DNA from: Terriglobia bacterium
GTDB lineage: Bacteria; Acidobacteriota; Terriglobia; JAJPHL01; JAPKYU01
DNA: 64,000 bases
Reading direction: 5' to 3'
Assembly (NCBI GenBank): GCA_965206645.1
Contig: CBDBKE010000004.1
Coordinates: 1,472,001 to 1,536,000, forward strand
Shown one piece after another: positions 49,074 to 59,730 of this stretch (its first letter is position 1; each line of letters begins with the position of its first letter). A program made the position numbers and the translations under genes. Under the pieces are notes generated by a model. It worked only from the letters and a program-made list of their open reading frames with translations, ran no database searches and had not been told where the DNA came from.

Positions 49074-49195
49074 GCCTTCCCTGAGATCTTCACAGGCCTC
49101 TCCAAACGGCACACGGGCCGCCTCACCCTTCCCTGTCGCGGACTCCCACTTGCTGGCCAACCGGTTCACGCGGGTGGTTCAGGTCGCAAACGTGG

Positions 49196-50125
49196 CTATC
49201 CGGCACGGGCGTGCGTTGGTTCAAAAATCCTCCCCACCGCGTCGGCCGCCTCAGCCAACGATGGTCTCTGCAGCACCTGGACCGCTTTCCCGCGAGGCGC
49301 CCACATGTGCGGGTCGGAGTCTTGGAAGATGGCCACGGTCGGCAAAGCCAGGGCGGCGGCCAGGTGGGTGACACCGGTGTCGTTGCCGATGAACAAGTGG
49401 CAGCGGCTGAGAACAGCAGCCAGGAGCCGCAGGTTGCCGGTGTGCATCCGGCGGGCGCCCAGGCCGGGCGCCGAGGTCATCACAGCTTCGACCACGTCGG
49501 CGTCGAGCGGGCCTTCGCATAACAAGATGTGCGCATCCCACTGCCACACGAGATGCCCGGCGAGCGCGCCGAATTTTCCGGCGCCCCACTGCTTCCGTCG
49601 GCTGCTGGCGCCCGGGTGAATCACCGCCACAGGCCGACCGCCAGCGCCTAGCTTGGCAAGGTAGTCTTCAGCGAGCACCGTGTCCGAGTGGTTCAGAAAA
49701 ATCTCCGGGTGAGCCGGAAAATCACCGACTTCGCCAAACAGCGAGCGAAGCTGGGTACGCCGAAAGTCGCTGAAGTGGAGCCTCTGCTCCGGCGCGGGAA
49801 ACTGCGGCAAAAAATGGGCGTGCGGCTGGACCGCGGCAACAGCCGCAACCAGCTCGGGCAGGTTCGCTCCCCGCCAGGAGACCACCAGGTCGAAGGACTC
49901 CAGCGCATGGAGGGTGCGGGCCGGCAGTGGGTAGCTGTCGAGGCCGGTTTCGGCCAGCGGGCGGGCCCGGTCCGCGTACGCCGGGTGTTTCACCAGTGGC
50001 ACAGTCGCCCGCTCGCACCAAATTTCCATACCTTCCCCACCGAACCTTTGCCGCAGCCAGCGCAGCGTAGGGAGCGACAGGATCAGGTCACCGATAGCAC
50101 CTGGTTGGATCGCCAGCATCTTCAT
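49196..50125 (-). CDS. Glycosyltransferase family 9 (heptosyltransferase-like)
   Basis: GAIGDLIL, IHPGASSRRKQW, IGNDTGVTHLAAA. Confidence 0.88.
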   Translation of the reverse strand: MKMLAIQPGAIGDLILSLPTLRWLRQRFGGEGMEIWCERATVPLVKHPAYADRARPLAETGLDSYPLPARTLHALESFDLVVSWRGANLPELVAAVAAVQPHAHFLPQFPAPEQRLHFSDFRRTQLRSLFGEVGDFPAHPEIFLNHSDTVLAEDYLAKLGAGGRPVAVIHPGASSRRKQWGAGKFGALAGHLVWQWDAHILLCEGPLDADVVEAVMTSAPGLGARRMHTGNLRLLAAVLSRCHLFIGNDTGVTHLAAALALPTVAIFQDSDPHMWAPRGKAVQVLQRPSLAEAADAVGRIFEPTHARAG

Positions 50126-50961
50126 GATGCTTGGCGCTTTCGGCTGAGCAGCGTCGCGGCCGCCTCGGCCGCCTCCTTCACCAGGTAGCCCATGCGCGGG
50201 TGCTGCGCCTCCAGGTCTACATCCAGGCCGTATTCCCGAAGGCCGCCGCTGGCGGTGGGGCCGATGGAAGCAATCACCACACGGCGGAACGCCTGTCGAA
50301 GCCCATCTGCCAGGCCCTCTTGCCCGGCCACCTGAAACAGGTGAACCACCTGGACGATATTGGTGAACAGCGCCAGGTCCACCTCGCCGGCGATGATGGC
50401 GTTGATGGCGGAGCGCAGCGGCGCCAGGTCCTGCGGCAAGGTCCAGCGGTAGACCGAAACGCGGGTGACCACGGCGCCTCTGGCTTCCAGTTCGCGCACC
50501 AGCTCCGGGTTAGGGACGCCGTACTCCTGCACGGCTACCCGGCGTCCTTCCAGGGGCACCTTGTCCCGCCGCCCGTCCAGTTCGGCGAGTATTTCGCGCC
50601 ACGTGTTGGGCTCGGGAACGGTGATGGTGATCGGAACACCCATCTCCCGTAGGACCGCGGTCGGCTTCGGCCCGCGCACGACCACTGCCATGTGCTTCAG
50701 GGCAGCCACCAGATCCTGGCGGGAATAGCGTTTCTCCAGCAACTCGAAGAGCGTCCGTGTGCCCACCCCGGTGAGGAAAATGATCACTTGGTAGCCGCCA
50801 GCCAGCAGTTCCTCGCCGAAGGCCAGCGCCGTGGGGTTTTCCTCAAGGGGGACTTCGCGCAGGGTAGGAGCGGACATCGGACGGCCGCCTTTGGCGGCGA
50901 TCAAACGGGCCATCTCCTGGGCCCGGCGACTTTCAAACGAAACCACGCGCAACCCGTTCAT
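50122..50961 (-). CDS. hemD: Uroporphyrinogen-III synthase
   Basis: FESRRAQEM, FLTGVG, RGPKP, VAVQEYG, VYRW, SIGP. Confidence 0.85.
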   Translation of the reverse strand: MNGLRVVSFESRRAQEMARLIAAKGGRPMSAPTLREVPLEENPTALAFGEELLAGGYQVIIFLTGVGTRTLFELLEKRYSRQDLVAALKHMAVVVRGPKPTAVLREMGVPITITVPEPNTWREILAELDGRRDKVPLEGRRVAVQEYGVPNPELVRELEARGAVVTRVSVYRWTLPQDLAPLRSAINAIIAGEVDLALFTNIVQVVHLFQVAGQEGLADGLRQAFRRVVIASIGPTASGGLREYGLDVDLEAQHPRMGYLVKEAAEAAATLLSRKRQAS

Positions 50962-50983
50962 CGGCTACCTTCCCTGCCCTGCC

Positions 50984-52444
50984 TCACGATCTAATGTAGC
51001 GCAGGCAGGCAGCGGCCGCAGCCCGTCCGCTGCGAATACAGTCGGAAATACCCACGCCCGACTCCCAGTTCCCGGCCAGAAACAGCCCCGGATGGCGCAG
51101 CAATCGCTGCTGGACTGCTGCCACCCGCTGCTGGTGCCCGAGAGCATATTGGGGCATGGAGCGAGGCCAGCGGTAGATGCGCACAAACAGCGGCGCTTCG
51201 CCCAGCCCGAGAATGCTTTTCAGTTCTTCCCGCACCAGCGCCGCAACCTGCTCATCGTCCAGTTTCAGGACGGCCTCATCACGGCTGCCGCCCAGGAAAC
51301 AACGCAGCAGTGCGCGGTCCGGCGGAACCCGCGTGGGGAACTTGGTGTGGACGAACGTGCAGGCCAGGAGCCGCCGCCCTTCCTCGCGGGGCACCAGGAA
51401 ACCAAAGCCGGGCGGAAGCTGCTCGCGGACGTGCGATGGGTAGCCCAGGGCTACCGTTAGGGACGAGGAGTACGGCGTGGCGGCCAACGGAGTGGCCAGT
51501 TCCCCATCCAGCCCCCGAATCAGGCGCGCCGATTCATGACTCGGCAGCGCCAGAACCAGCGCGTCAAAATCCAGGAAGATTCGTCCTTGTGCCACCAGGT
51601 TGTAGCTGCGCCGACCGGCCCGCTCGGTGACCTGAATCGCCGCCACGGGTGTCCGGTAGAGGATTCTGGGCCTGTCTTCCCCGCCCTCCAGTCGCGCCTG
51701 GATCGCCTCGACGAACTGCGCCAGGCCGCTCCGCAGCGTGGAAAACAGCGGCCGTGGCGCGGGCGCGGGTGGCGCCCGGCGGGCGTTCCTGCGCGCTTGG
51801 AGCGCGGCGCGAATCAGGCTGCCGTGCTGTTGCTCCATTCCGACGAAACGCGGCAAGGTGGCCTGCATGCTTAGCTGCGCGGCCTCGCCACCATAGACAC
51901 CCGCCAGTAATGGGTCGGCGATGCGCTCCACCATGGCCTTGCCAAAGTGCCTGGAGACGAAGCTGGCCACTGTCTCCTCTTGAGCGCGGCGGGTTCCATG
52001 GAACAGCTCGCGCAGCATCTTTAGCTTTTGCCCCCACGGGATAAGGGGCGTAGTCACCATGGGCAGCAGCTGCGTCGGGACCAGGAACTGCAGCCCGTCG
52101 GGCAGCGGGACGAGCTTCTGACGGTGCAGGATATAGGTGCGGCGCGCGGAGTCATTTGAGCCAATGACGTCAGCCGCAATCCCCAGTTCCGTCGCCAGCT
52201 CGAAAGCCTGTGGTTTTTCGGTGAGAAACGAATCAGGGCCGGCTTCGACGACGCAGCCCTCGGCGCGGTCGGTGTGAATGACACCCCCCAGCCGCGCGCT
52301 CCCCTCGAACAGGTGCTCCTCGATCGACTGCCCGGCCGCCCGCGCCATCGCCAGGTCGAAAGTCGCGGCCAGTCCCGAGATGCCGCCGCCCACGACCGCT
52401 ACCCGGCCGGGCATCGCTTGTTCATTTTTCCGAATCGCGTCCAT
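50984..52444 (-). CDS. hemY: Protoporphyrinogen/coproporphyrinogen oxidase (HemY type)
   Basis: VVGGGISGLAA, EAGPDSF, GFGFLVP, MPQYALGH, GVGISDCI. Confidence 0.92.
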   Translation of the reverse strand: MDAIRKNEQAMPGRVAVVGGGISGLAATFDLAMARAAGQSIEEHLFEGSARLGGVIHTDRAEGCVVEAGPDSFLTEKPQAFELATELGIAADVIGSNDSARRTYILHRQKLVPLPDGLQFLVPTQLLPMVTTPLIPWGQKLKMLRELFHGTRRAQEETVASFVSRHFGKAMVERIADPLLAGVYGGEAAQLSMQATLPRFVGMEQQHGSLIRAALQARRNARRAPPAPAPRPLFSTLRSGLAQFVEAIQARLEGGEDRPRILYRTPVAAIQVTERAGRRSYNLVAQGRIFLDFDALVLALPSHESARLIRGLDGELATPLAATPYSSSLTVALGYPSHVREQLPPGFGFLVPREEGRRLLACTFVHTKFPTRVPPDRALLRCFLGGSRDEAVLKLDDEQVAALVREELKSILGLGEAPLFVRIYRWPRSMPQYALGHQQRVAAVQQRLLRHPGLFLAGNWESGVGISDCIRSGRAAAAACLRYIRS

Positions 52445-52533
52445 CTTCGGCAGGGGCTTCGGGCCCTTCGCACGACGAAACGGAAAAGCCGCGCGAACGC
52501 TCCAGGAGTAGCGCCTTCCCTCGCAATTTGGAA

Positions 52534-52809
52534 CTAGTCAGGCAGAATTTCCGCGTCCAAGACCCGGGGCTGGTCGAGATAATGAGGCAAGGCAAACTCA
52601 GCCAGGAAGCGCTCCACCCTGATGAATGCTCCTCGCCACTCGCCGGGCGGGTGCGGCTGATCGGCCGGGTGGCGGCACGGACCGCTGCTGCCGTACTGGT
52701 GACCAAAATCGCTCTCGACAATCTCGTCGAAGTGTTTGAGGCTTTCCCAGGCTTCATTGCTCACAGTACCACCGAGATCGATCTTTATGCTGATAGTCCG
52801 CAACTGCAG
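52534..52809 (-). CDS. Small hypothetical protein (start uncertain)
   Basis: Protein-like ORF filling the gap in a minus-strand gene run; CRH...HP..EW cluster. Confidence 0.5.
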   Translation of the reverse strand: MQLRTISIKIDLGGTVSNEAWESLKHFDEIVESDFGHQYGSSGPCRHPADQPHPPGEWRGAFIRVERFLAEFALPHYLDQPRVLDAEILPD

Positions 52810-52848
52810 TGAATCTTTCACAGCTCCACGTTGCAAGGTGCGAACGGG

Positions 52849-54816
52849 TCAGGGCTGGCAGGGTTGCACGTCGGCGTTGACCGCCAGGGTAGTGAAGGGT
52901 GGGCTGCTTACTCCTTCTATGGTCACTATAATGGGCACGGCCGGCCCCGAGGGAGGATCCTCATTCTCATCCGGAATGCGAATATTGATCTGCCAGGCTC
53001 CAACAAAGTCGGGCGCGGCTCCGCTGTATTCGACAGTGACGGGAACACCGCCTAGCGTGACCTCCGGAAGCGTGGGCGTCTCCGACAGAGGGCTGGATGG
53101 AGCGGGTTCCCCAGTAGCTGGCTCCGGCGTCAAGGCACCCTGACCGGTGCCAAACAATTGCACCACTGAATCCGGCTCCGCGGGCTTGGCGTTGACCAGG
53201 CAGCCATCCACCGAAACCACCGAGCCATCTTCGTTGAGCGCCGCGACGGGGCCGAAACCGGTCTGGGCTCCAACGACCGTATCCCCTACCGCGTGGTTAT
53301 TGGCAAGAAAAGCAGCGAAGGTAGTTTCCGTGACCGATATGACTTTGACGACTTCGGCGTTGTCTCCTGAGCCAACCAGAAGATATATGCCGGGGTAAAT
53401 CCCAGCCATGCTCGCTGGCGTTATCGTCTCCAATCCCAGAGAAGCCGGCGTATTCAGGGTCGTGCTTACCGTCGTCAATTGCGAGAAAAGCGCAGGACTG
53501 GCCACGCCCAGCAAGAACTCCCCTTGCAGCTGACTGCCGCCTGATCTGAAGACAACAAAGGGAACGGTCCGTACTTCGCCGGCCTGAATGTCTTGCGCCA
53601 GTTCGGCGGGAATTTGGAAATTAATCTGAGTCGGGGAAACGAAAAACAGCGGCGCATTCAGCTCCACGCTGCCTCCTGGGCCAATCACCAGCCCGCCCGT
53701 GTCCAGGCGGACTCTGACGCCCCCCAGCGTGGTGGGCAGGGGAAAGCCGGTGGCGAACTCGGTTTGGCTGGCCAAGTCGGTCCCGAAGCCGGAAACGATC
53801 ATGCCGGGCGCCAAGGAGCCGCCTTGGAAGGCAGCCGCGTTGACGATTGTGAAGCTCCCAACCACGGGAATATCTATGAGGGCGACGCTGTTGTTTGAGG
53901 GCAGAACCACCGCCGTTTGGCGCCCCCCCTGGTTGGTTGCCGCAGCGGTCGGGCCGGTTAGGCTGCTGAACTGCCCTATCACCTCGTTGGTGGTCAAATC
54001 CAGAAGTACCGCCTGATTGGTGGTGTTACTGGAGATGACAGCCGTATTGGTACGGATGTGGATGGCGACCCCTTGCGGAGACCCGATGGGGAGTTCTTCG
54101 ATCTCCCCGGCACCCAGCTTCACGATGGAAATGCTGTTCCCATTGGCATTGCACACCACCGCCACGTTGGTGACAGGATTGACGGCCACGGCTACCGGGG
54201 ACGCTCCCAGGGGCAGCGTGCCGACGACGCGCGCCTCCACCAGATCCACCAGAATAATGCTGTTCTGTGCCGGGCTGGCCACCACCGCCACGTTGGTGGC
54301 GCTGTTGACCGCCACCGCCTGTACGGCGCCCGACAGCACCGCGCCTGCCAGCACCGGGACATCGGGTACCGTGCCCACGACGGTGCGCGTGGTCAAGTCA
54401 ATCAGGGACAAGGAGTCGCTGTTGGCATTGGACACGACTGCGATATGGGTGCTGCTGTTGATGTCCACGCTAAAGGGTCTGCTCCCGACCGGAACGCGGG
54501 CGACAACCTGTAAGGTGACCAGGTTAATTAGCGTGACCTCGTTGCTTTCCGAATTGGCCACCACGGCCAGGCCTAACCGGTCGTCCACGGCCACCCCAGC
54601 CGCTGTGGACACCGACTCTTCTACCGTGCGCAACTCCAGAGTTCCCAGGTCCAGCATGTTCACTGAGTTGTTGGCGAAGCTGCTCACGATGAGCTGATTC
54701 CCCGACGGGTAAAAAGCCACACCGCGCGGTACCGCACCAACGGGAATCTGCTGCGCCTCTTGCGCAAAAGCCGATACACACACGAGCGCCAGAAAGCAGC
54801 AAGCGAAAATCCGCAT
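52849..54816 (-). CDS. Secreted YVTN beta-propeller protein with Solibacter-type C-terminal domain (TIGR03437-like)
   Basis: Signal peptide; repeated VPVG..P..V..N...AVV.N..SNS; VNAA.F...LAPG, PLFFVSPTQINFQIP, LFGTGQG, YSGAAPDFVGAWQIN. Confidence 0.85.
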   Translation of the reverse strand: MRIFACCFLALVCVSAFAQEAQQIPVGAVPRGVAFYPSGNQLIVSSFANNSVNMLDLGTLELRTVEESVSTAAGVAVDDRLGLAVVANSESNEVTLINLVTLQVVARVPVGSRPFSVDINSSTHIAVVSNANSDSLSLIDLTTRTVVGTVPDVPVLAGAVLSGAVQAVAVNSATNVAVVASPAQNSIILVDLVEARVVGTLPLGASPVAVAVNPVTNVAVVCNANGNSISIVKLGAGEIEELPIGSPQGVAIHIRTNTAVISSNTTNQAVLLDLTTNEVIGQFSSLTGPTAAATNQGGRQTAVVLPSNNSVALIDIPVVGSFTIVNAAAFQGGSLAPGMIVSGFGTDLASQTEFATGFPLPTTLGGVRVRLDTGGLVIGPGGSVELNAPLFFVSPTQINFQIPAELAQDIQAGEVRTVPFVVFRSGGSQLQGEFLLGVASPALFSQLTTVSTTLNTPASLGLETITPASMAGIYPGIYLLVGSGDNAEVVKVISVTETTFAAFLANNHAVGDTVVGAQTGFGPVAALNEDGSVVSVDGCLVNAKPAEPDSVVQLFGTGQGALTPEPATGEPAPSSPLSETPTLPEVTLGGVPVTVEYSGAAPDFVGAWQINIRIPDENEDPPSGPAVPIIVTIEGVSSPPFTTLAVNADVQPCQP

Positions 54817-55179
54817 AGCAGCTATTTTGACGTGTCAAACCAGCGCGGACAAGGAGGAAAAGGGGCCGCGGGTGAATTACTTTGGCACACCGGTTTCGAA
54901 CGCCCGGCACCAGATGTTCGAACCGGTTCTACACTGGTTCGCACACCGTGTTTCCGGCGACTCGCGCCCTCCGGTGAGGGCACCACCCTTCCCCCTTTGC
55001 GGATAAGAATCTTTGATGGCTGTCATCGGAAGGTTCGATTTGCGTGGGCACCCTGCTTGTGATCAACTGCGTTCCCGAAAGCGTTGCGGGAGGGAAGGAT
55101 TGCGGGAGGGAAGGATAATGAAGAAGCGAATCGCAGCTCTTGTGCTTTGGGCGGAGGGGCGGACAAGAGGGGTGAGAAA

Positions 55180-56556
55180 ATGAGATGTCGTACCGCATTG
55201 CGTTTGATTTCCGGTTTGTTCTTGTGTCTGCCGGCGTGGGCGCAAGCTGGGGAAGCGCAAGCCGCAACCGCAGAACTCAAGGTGTCGGTCGACACCGTTT
55301 GGGTCCTAGTTGCCGCCTTTCTGGTCTTTTGGATGAACGCTGGATTCGGTTGCGTCGAGGCGGGGTTCTGCCGCGCCAAGAACGCAGTCAATATCGTCGG
55401 CAAGAATTTTGTCGTCTTCGGGCTTTCCTCTATCGCGTTTTGGATAGCGGGCTTCGCCATCATGTTCGGCGACGGCAATTCCTTCATGGGCCTCAAGGGG
55501 TGGTTCTTGGCTGGTCTCGATAATAGCCCGGCCATCGAGGCTTATGAGGGCGTCTATAGTTCTATCTCGTGGACCGGTGTCCCGCTGCTGGCGAAGTTTT
55601 TCTTCCAACTCGTGTTTGCCGGTACAGCTGCCACGATCGTTTCCGGCTGCGTTGCCGAGCGGATTCACTACCGAGCCTACATGATTTTCACGCTGGTGCT
55701 GGTCGGGGTGTCCTATCCGATTACGGGCCACTGGATTTGGGGTGCCGGTTGGCTGGCCGATCTGGGCTTCTGGGACTTTGCTGGCTCAACGGTAGTTCAT
55801 TCGGTCGGCGGTTGGGCCGGCCTGGCCGGTATTCTGCTGCTGGGCGCAAGAACTGGGAAATACACTGCTGACGGCTCCGTGCGGCCCATCCCAGGCCATA
55901 GTATGGCTCTCGCTTTCCTGGGCGGGTTGATCCTCTGGCTCGGCTGGTTTGGCTTCAACCCCGGCAGTACGATGGCGGCCGATGGCGTAGCGATCGCCCA
56001 CATTGTGGTGACCACCAACATGGCTTGTGCTGCGGGCCTGTTGGGAGCGACGATGACTGCCTGGTTCTGGCTAGGTAAACCCGACTTCAGTATGACGGTC
56101 AACGGCGCCTTAGGAGGCTTGGTAGCGATTACGGCTCCTTGTGCGTTCGTCGAAGTTTGGGCTGCGATCGTGATTGGTCTAATTGCAGGGATTCTTATTG
56201 TGCCTGCCGTGCTCAGTTTTGACCGGCTGCGGATTGACGACCCTGTGGGAGCCCTCTCGGTCCACTTGGTCAACGGAATCTGGGGAACGCTTTCGATCGG
56301 GCTTTTTGCCACTGCGGCAGCCCCCGGAGGCGGTCCCGACGGCCTGCTTTATGGCGGAGGATTCGCTTCGCTTTGGGCCCAATTCATTGGAGTTGTCGCG
56401 GTTGGCGCATTCACGATAACCCTTTCGCTTTTGGTCTGGGTCATCATTAAATGGACCTTGGGCCTGCGAGTCAGCCCCGAAGATGAAAGTCGTGGCCTCG
56501 ATCTGAGCGAAATGGGAATGGAAGCCTATGCCAGCGACCCGATGCACCGACGCTGA
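55180..56556 (+). CDS. amtB: Ammonium transporter
   Basis: MNAGF..VEAG, FFFQLVFA, DFAGSTVVH, LWLGWFGFN, DDPVGALSVH. Confidence 0.96.
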   Translation: MRCRTALRLISGLFLCLPAWAQAGEAQAATAELKVSVDTVWVLVAAFLVFWMNAGFGCVEAGFCRAKNAVNIVGKNFVVFGLSSIAFWIAGFAIMFGDGNSFMGLKGWFLAGLDNSPAIEAYEGVYSSISWTGVPLLAKFFFQLVFAGTAATIVSGCVAERIHYRAYMIFTLVLVGVSYPITGHWIWGAGWLADLGFWDFAGSTVVHSVGGWAGLAGILLLGARTGKYTADGSVRPIPGHSMALAFLGGLILWLGWFGFNPGSTMAADGVAIAHIVVTTNMACAAGLLGATMTAWFWLGKPDFSMTVNGALGGLVAITAPCAFVEVWAAIVIGLIAGILIVPAVLSFDRLRIDDPVGALSVHLVNGIWGTLSIGLFATAAAPGGGPDGLLYGGGFASLWAQFIGVVAVGAFTITLSLLVWVIIKWTLGLRVSPEDESRGLDLSEMGMEAYASDPMHRR

Positions 56557-56688
56557 TGTCCTGGGCCTGCATCAGCGTGCTCCCGTATGGGCTTCAAGGG
56601 GTGGTTCTTGGTGGACATTACCCAGCACGGTGAGCAGGGCTACGTCTTGGAGTAAATCTATGCACCGACCGGCACTCAACCGGGCTAA

Positions 56689-57057
<369 letters not shown>

Positions 57058-57306
57058 CGCTTTTGGCTATTCTGCGTACATCGTCAAGTTAATAACGCTA
57101 CTTCTTCCGTCCTGTGCGCAGCGTAGTCCTTTACCAAATGCAGGAATTGTTGTTTTTATCCATTTCTAGCGCGGCATAATTCTATAATTTATGCTCATAA
57201 TAGGAAAAACCGATCACCCCAATCCAAAGAATGAGCTTCCCCTAGCTCCTATTTGTTTCTAAAATCACAGGATGGACCGCCATTGTATGAGGAGAGGAGA
57301 CCGATA

Positions 57307-58077
57307 ATGGGAAAGATCCTAAGCTTTGTCCTGATTGTGTTGTTGGCAACGCCGGCCGCATGGGCGGGCGAATCGGAGCAGAGCCAACCAACGCAGAGCG
57401 AACCAGCAGAGGAAGAGAAACCTTGGAGCCTGTCTTTCGACAGCACGTTCGTAAATAAGTATATCTGGCGCGGCCAAAACCTGAACAACAACGCTTCGTT
57501 CCAGCCCGGACTGGCGTTCAGCTACAAGAACCTCACGATTTCTACATGGAGTCAAATCTCGCATACGGCCTTTGGCGATAGCGGTGTGGCCGGTAACCAC
57601 TGGACCGAGCACGACTTGACTGTCGACTACGGCTTGGCACTTAGCGAGAAGGTTTCTATGAACGTGGGTTGGATTAATTACGCATTTCCGAACGTGGGAG
57701 AGGACCGCTACACGAACGAATTCTACAGCGGCATCAGCGTCGACACGCTTTTACAGCCGAGCTTCAGCGTCTACGTTGACCCGCATCTGGGGGACGGCGT
57801 CTACTACAACCTCGGCATCGGTCATGGCCTTGACCTAGGCAAAGGCTTCGGTCTCAACTTGTCAGCTGCGGCCGGCCTGAACCAGGGCCAGTGGATCGAC
57901 ATCACGACGGTTTCCGACGTTGTGCTCGGGGTCGGCCTAGACGTTCCGGTCAGCGATAACGTCACGTTGTCCCCGTTCTGGAACTACATCACGGGCAGTG
58001 ACAGCCTGAGGAGGGGACCGGACGCGTTCTACTTCAGCGGCCACCTCGCGGGGGTGAATCTGAACTACAGTTATTAA
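57307..58077 (+). CDS. Putative outer-membrane porin (TorF/Gcw_chp-like)
   Basis: Signal peptide, NKYIWRG...FQPG, EHDLTVDY, C-terminal aromatic beta strand; nitrogen-gene context. Confidence 0.65.
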   Translation: MGKILSFVLIVLLATPAAWAGESEQSQPTQSEPAEEEKPWSLSFDSTFVNKYIWRGQNLNNNASFQPGLAFSYKNLTISTWSQISHTAFGDSGVAGNHWTEHDLTVDYGLALSEKVSMNVGWINYAFPNVGEDRYTNEFYSGISVDTLLQPSFSVYVDPHLGDGVYYNLGIGHGLDLGKGFGLNLSAAAGLNQGQWIDITTVSDVVLGVGLDVPVSDNVTLSPFWNYITGSDSLRRGPDAFYFSGHLAGVNLNYSY

Positions 58078-58974
58078 TCCCGGGTTCATTAGTTCAGACT
58101 CGGGCGTTCCGAAGAGCAGCGACTTCGCCTGCCAGGAATGTCCTGCCTGACTCAGTTATTAAGTTCCGTGGTGTGACGATGGCCACCCGTTCCAATAAGC
58201 TTCATCGGTGACTCTTTCCCGCTTCACATATGGCGCGGAAGCAGCCACCGAGGGTAGTTCTTTTAATCCCCCACCCTTTTGGGAACGCCTGGCAAGTTCA
58301 TCCGAGCAAAAGACGATCCTGGCCGGCCTGATCTTCACCTTTTCTTCGTCTTTGTACTCTGCTGCGCGCCGCGCTGCTTTAGAGCGATGCCCGGGACGCG
58401 ACGGCCCGTTCTCGCCTATTCATTTTGTCCAGGAGCGGATGACGTGCGCAAGCAGCAGTGCACCAAAGGCAAGTGCGGCCAGTAGGGCGGGCGAGACGGC
58501 CGCCAGCACCAGCAGGTCGCGATCCAGGATCAGCCGACGGGAAACGTGCAGCGAGCTGGCGATCAACAGGACACCCATGACGAAATAGAGTGAGCGTAAC
58601 ACCTAGGTTGCCATTTTTCCGCCTGAGCTCATAAGTGGTCACTCGGCGCTGAACTGAATACAATATCACTCGTGCCATCCCCCAATAAGGAGTGCCGGAC
58701 CACGCGCGTTCCGTAGATGACACAAAGGTTTTCCGTATCCGGGTTCAACGTGGATGCAACTGGGGGTGGAGGCTTTAAATGCCGGTACCAAGGGAATCAA
58801 GTGAATAACTTGATGGGGTATCCGTCGGAACTCGAAGTTGCCGTGCGCATGCTATCCAAGCGTGTGAACGCGCCAAGTACTGCGGATTGAAGCCTCTCAA
58901 TTGCTCGCCAGCTTTTGTTGCCGACTGTTTGCCATGCCTGCACCTGCCGATGCGTTATAATCTTTTGCCCATCT

Positions 58975-59580
58975 ATAGCCAAACGCACCCGCAAGGTGCG
59001 TGCCCGAAAGCCACCCACGCTCCTGTTGCCGGCCTTTCCCCGGCCTACCGATTTCCAGTGGTGTGCCGCTGGCCTTGCTGTACTGGTGCTGGCAGCCTAC
59101 TGGAATTCGCTGGGCGCTTCATTTCATTTCGATGACCGGGTGCTCTTCAATGACTCTCACGTAGCTGGGCCGGGGTTTGGATGGAAACTGTTTCGCCTCG
59201 AGCAGACGCGCTCCCTAACCTACTGGACCTTCCACCTAAATTTCTTGGCCGGGGGCACTAACCCGAGAGGCTATCACGTAGTGAACGTGATTTTGCACGC
59301 GGCCAATGCCGTACTGATGCTTTGGATCGCGCGGCACCATCTGCCCCGGCTGCCGGCGTTTCTTGCGGCCGGGTTGTTTGCAGTTCACCCCCTGCAAACT
59401 GAAGCGGTCACCTACGTTTTCGCACGCTCCTCGTTGCTGGCCACCTTCTTCGCCCTGCTCTCCTTCGTTCTGTTTCTCCGACGGCGTTATGCTTTCAGCG
59501 CCGTCGCCTTTACGCTCTCCTTATTGGCAAAAGAGGAGACGGTGGCGCTGCCGGCATTCTTGCTGCTGTACGACTTAGGG
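58975..59580 (+). pseudogene. 5' part of a second TMTC/PMT-like glycosyltransferase, truncated
   Basis: YWNSL...FHFDD, YHVVNVILH, LFAVHPLQTEAVTYV, LLAKEET; probable start reads ATA GCC AAA CGC. Confidence 0.7.
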
Positions 59581-59730
59581 AAGTGGTGTGGTATTCCTGC
59601 AGGCCGCTTTGGACCGGACCTGACGCGGAAACCCACGCCCGGGGTCGGGGAACCTATCCAGCACGTAGAAGAGTCGCGAAGCGGCCAGCGCAGAGCACAG
59701 GGCCAGCCCGACGTAATACCACTTCCGCTG

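Noticed and set aside
48677-49126. (RP)n ORF and the + strand (LG)n and (LA)n ORFs over the hexamer tract
   Set aside because: Alternative frames of the same repeat; codon variation favours the Lys-alternating frame
55046-55060. Sigma-54 promoter for amtB (GGGCACCCTGCTTGT)
   Set aside because: The -12 element is GT rather than GC; too weak to call
58200-58900. Short ORFs including a 60-aa hydrophobic peptide (58420-58602)
   Set aside because: No recognisable family, RBS or consistent frame; probably degraded DNA
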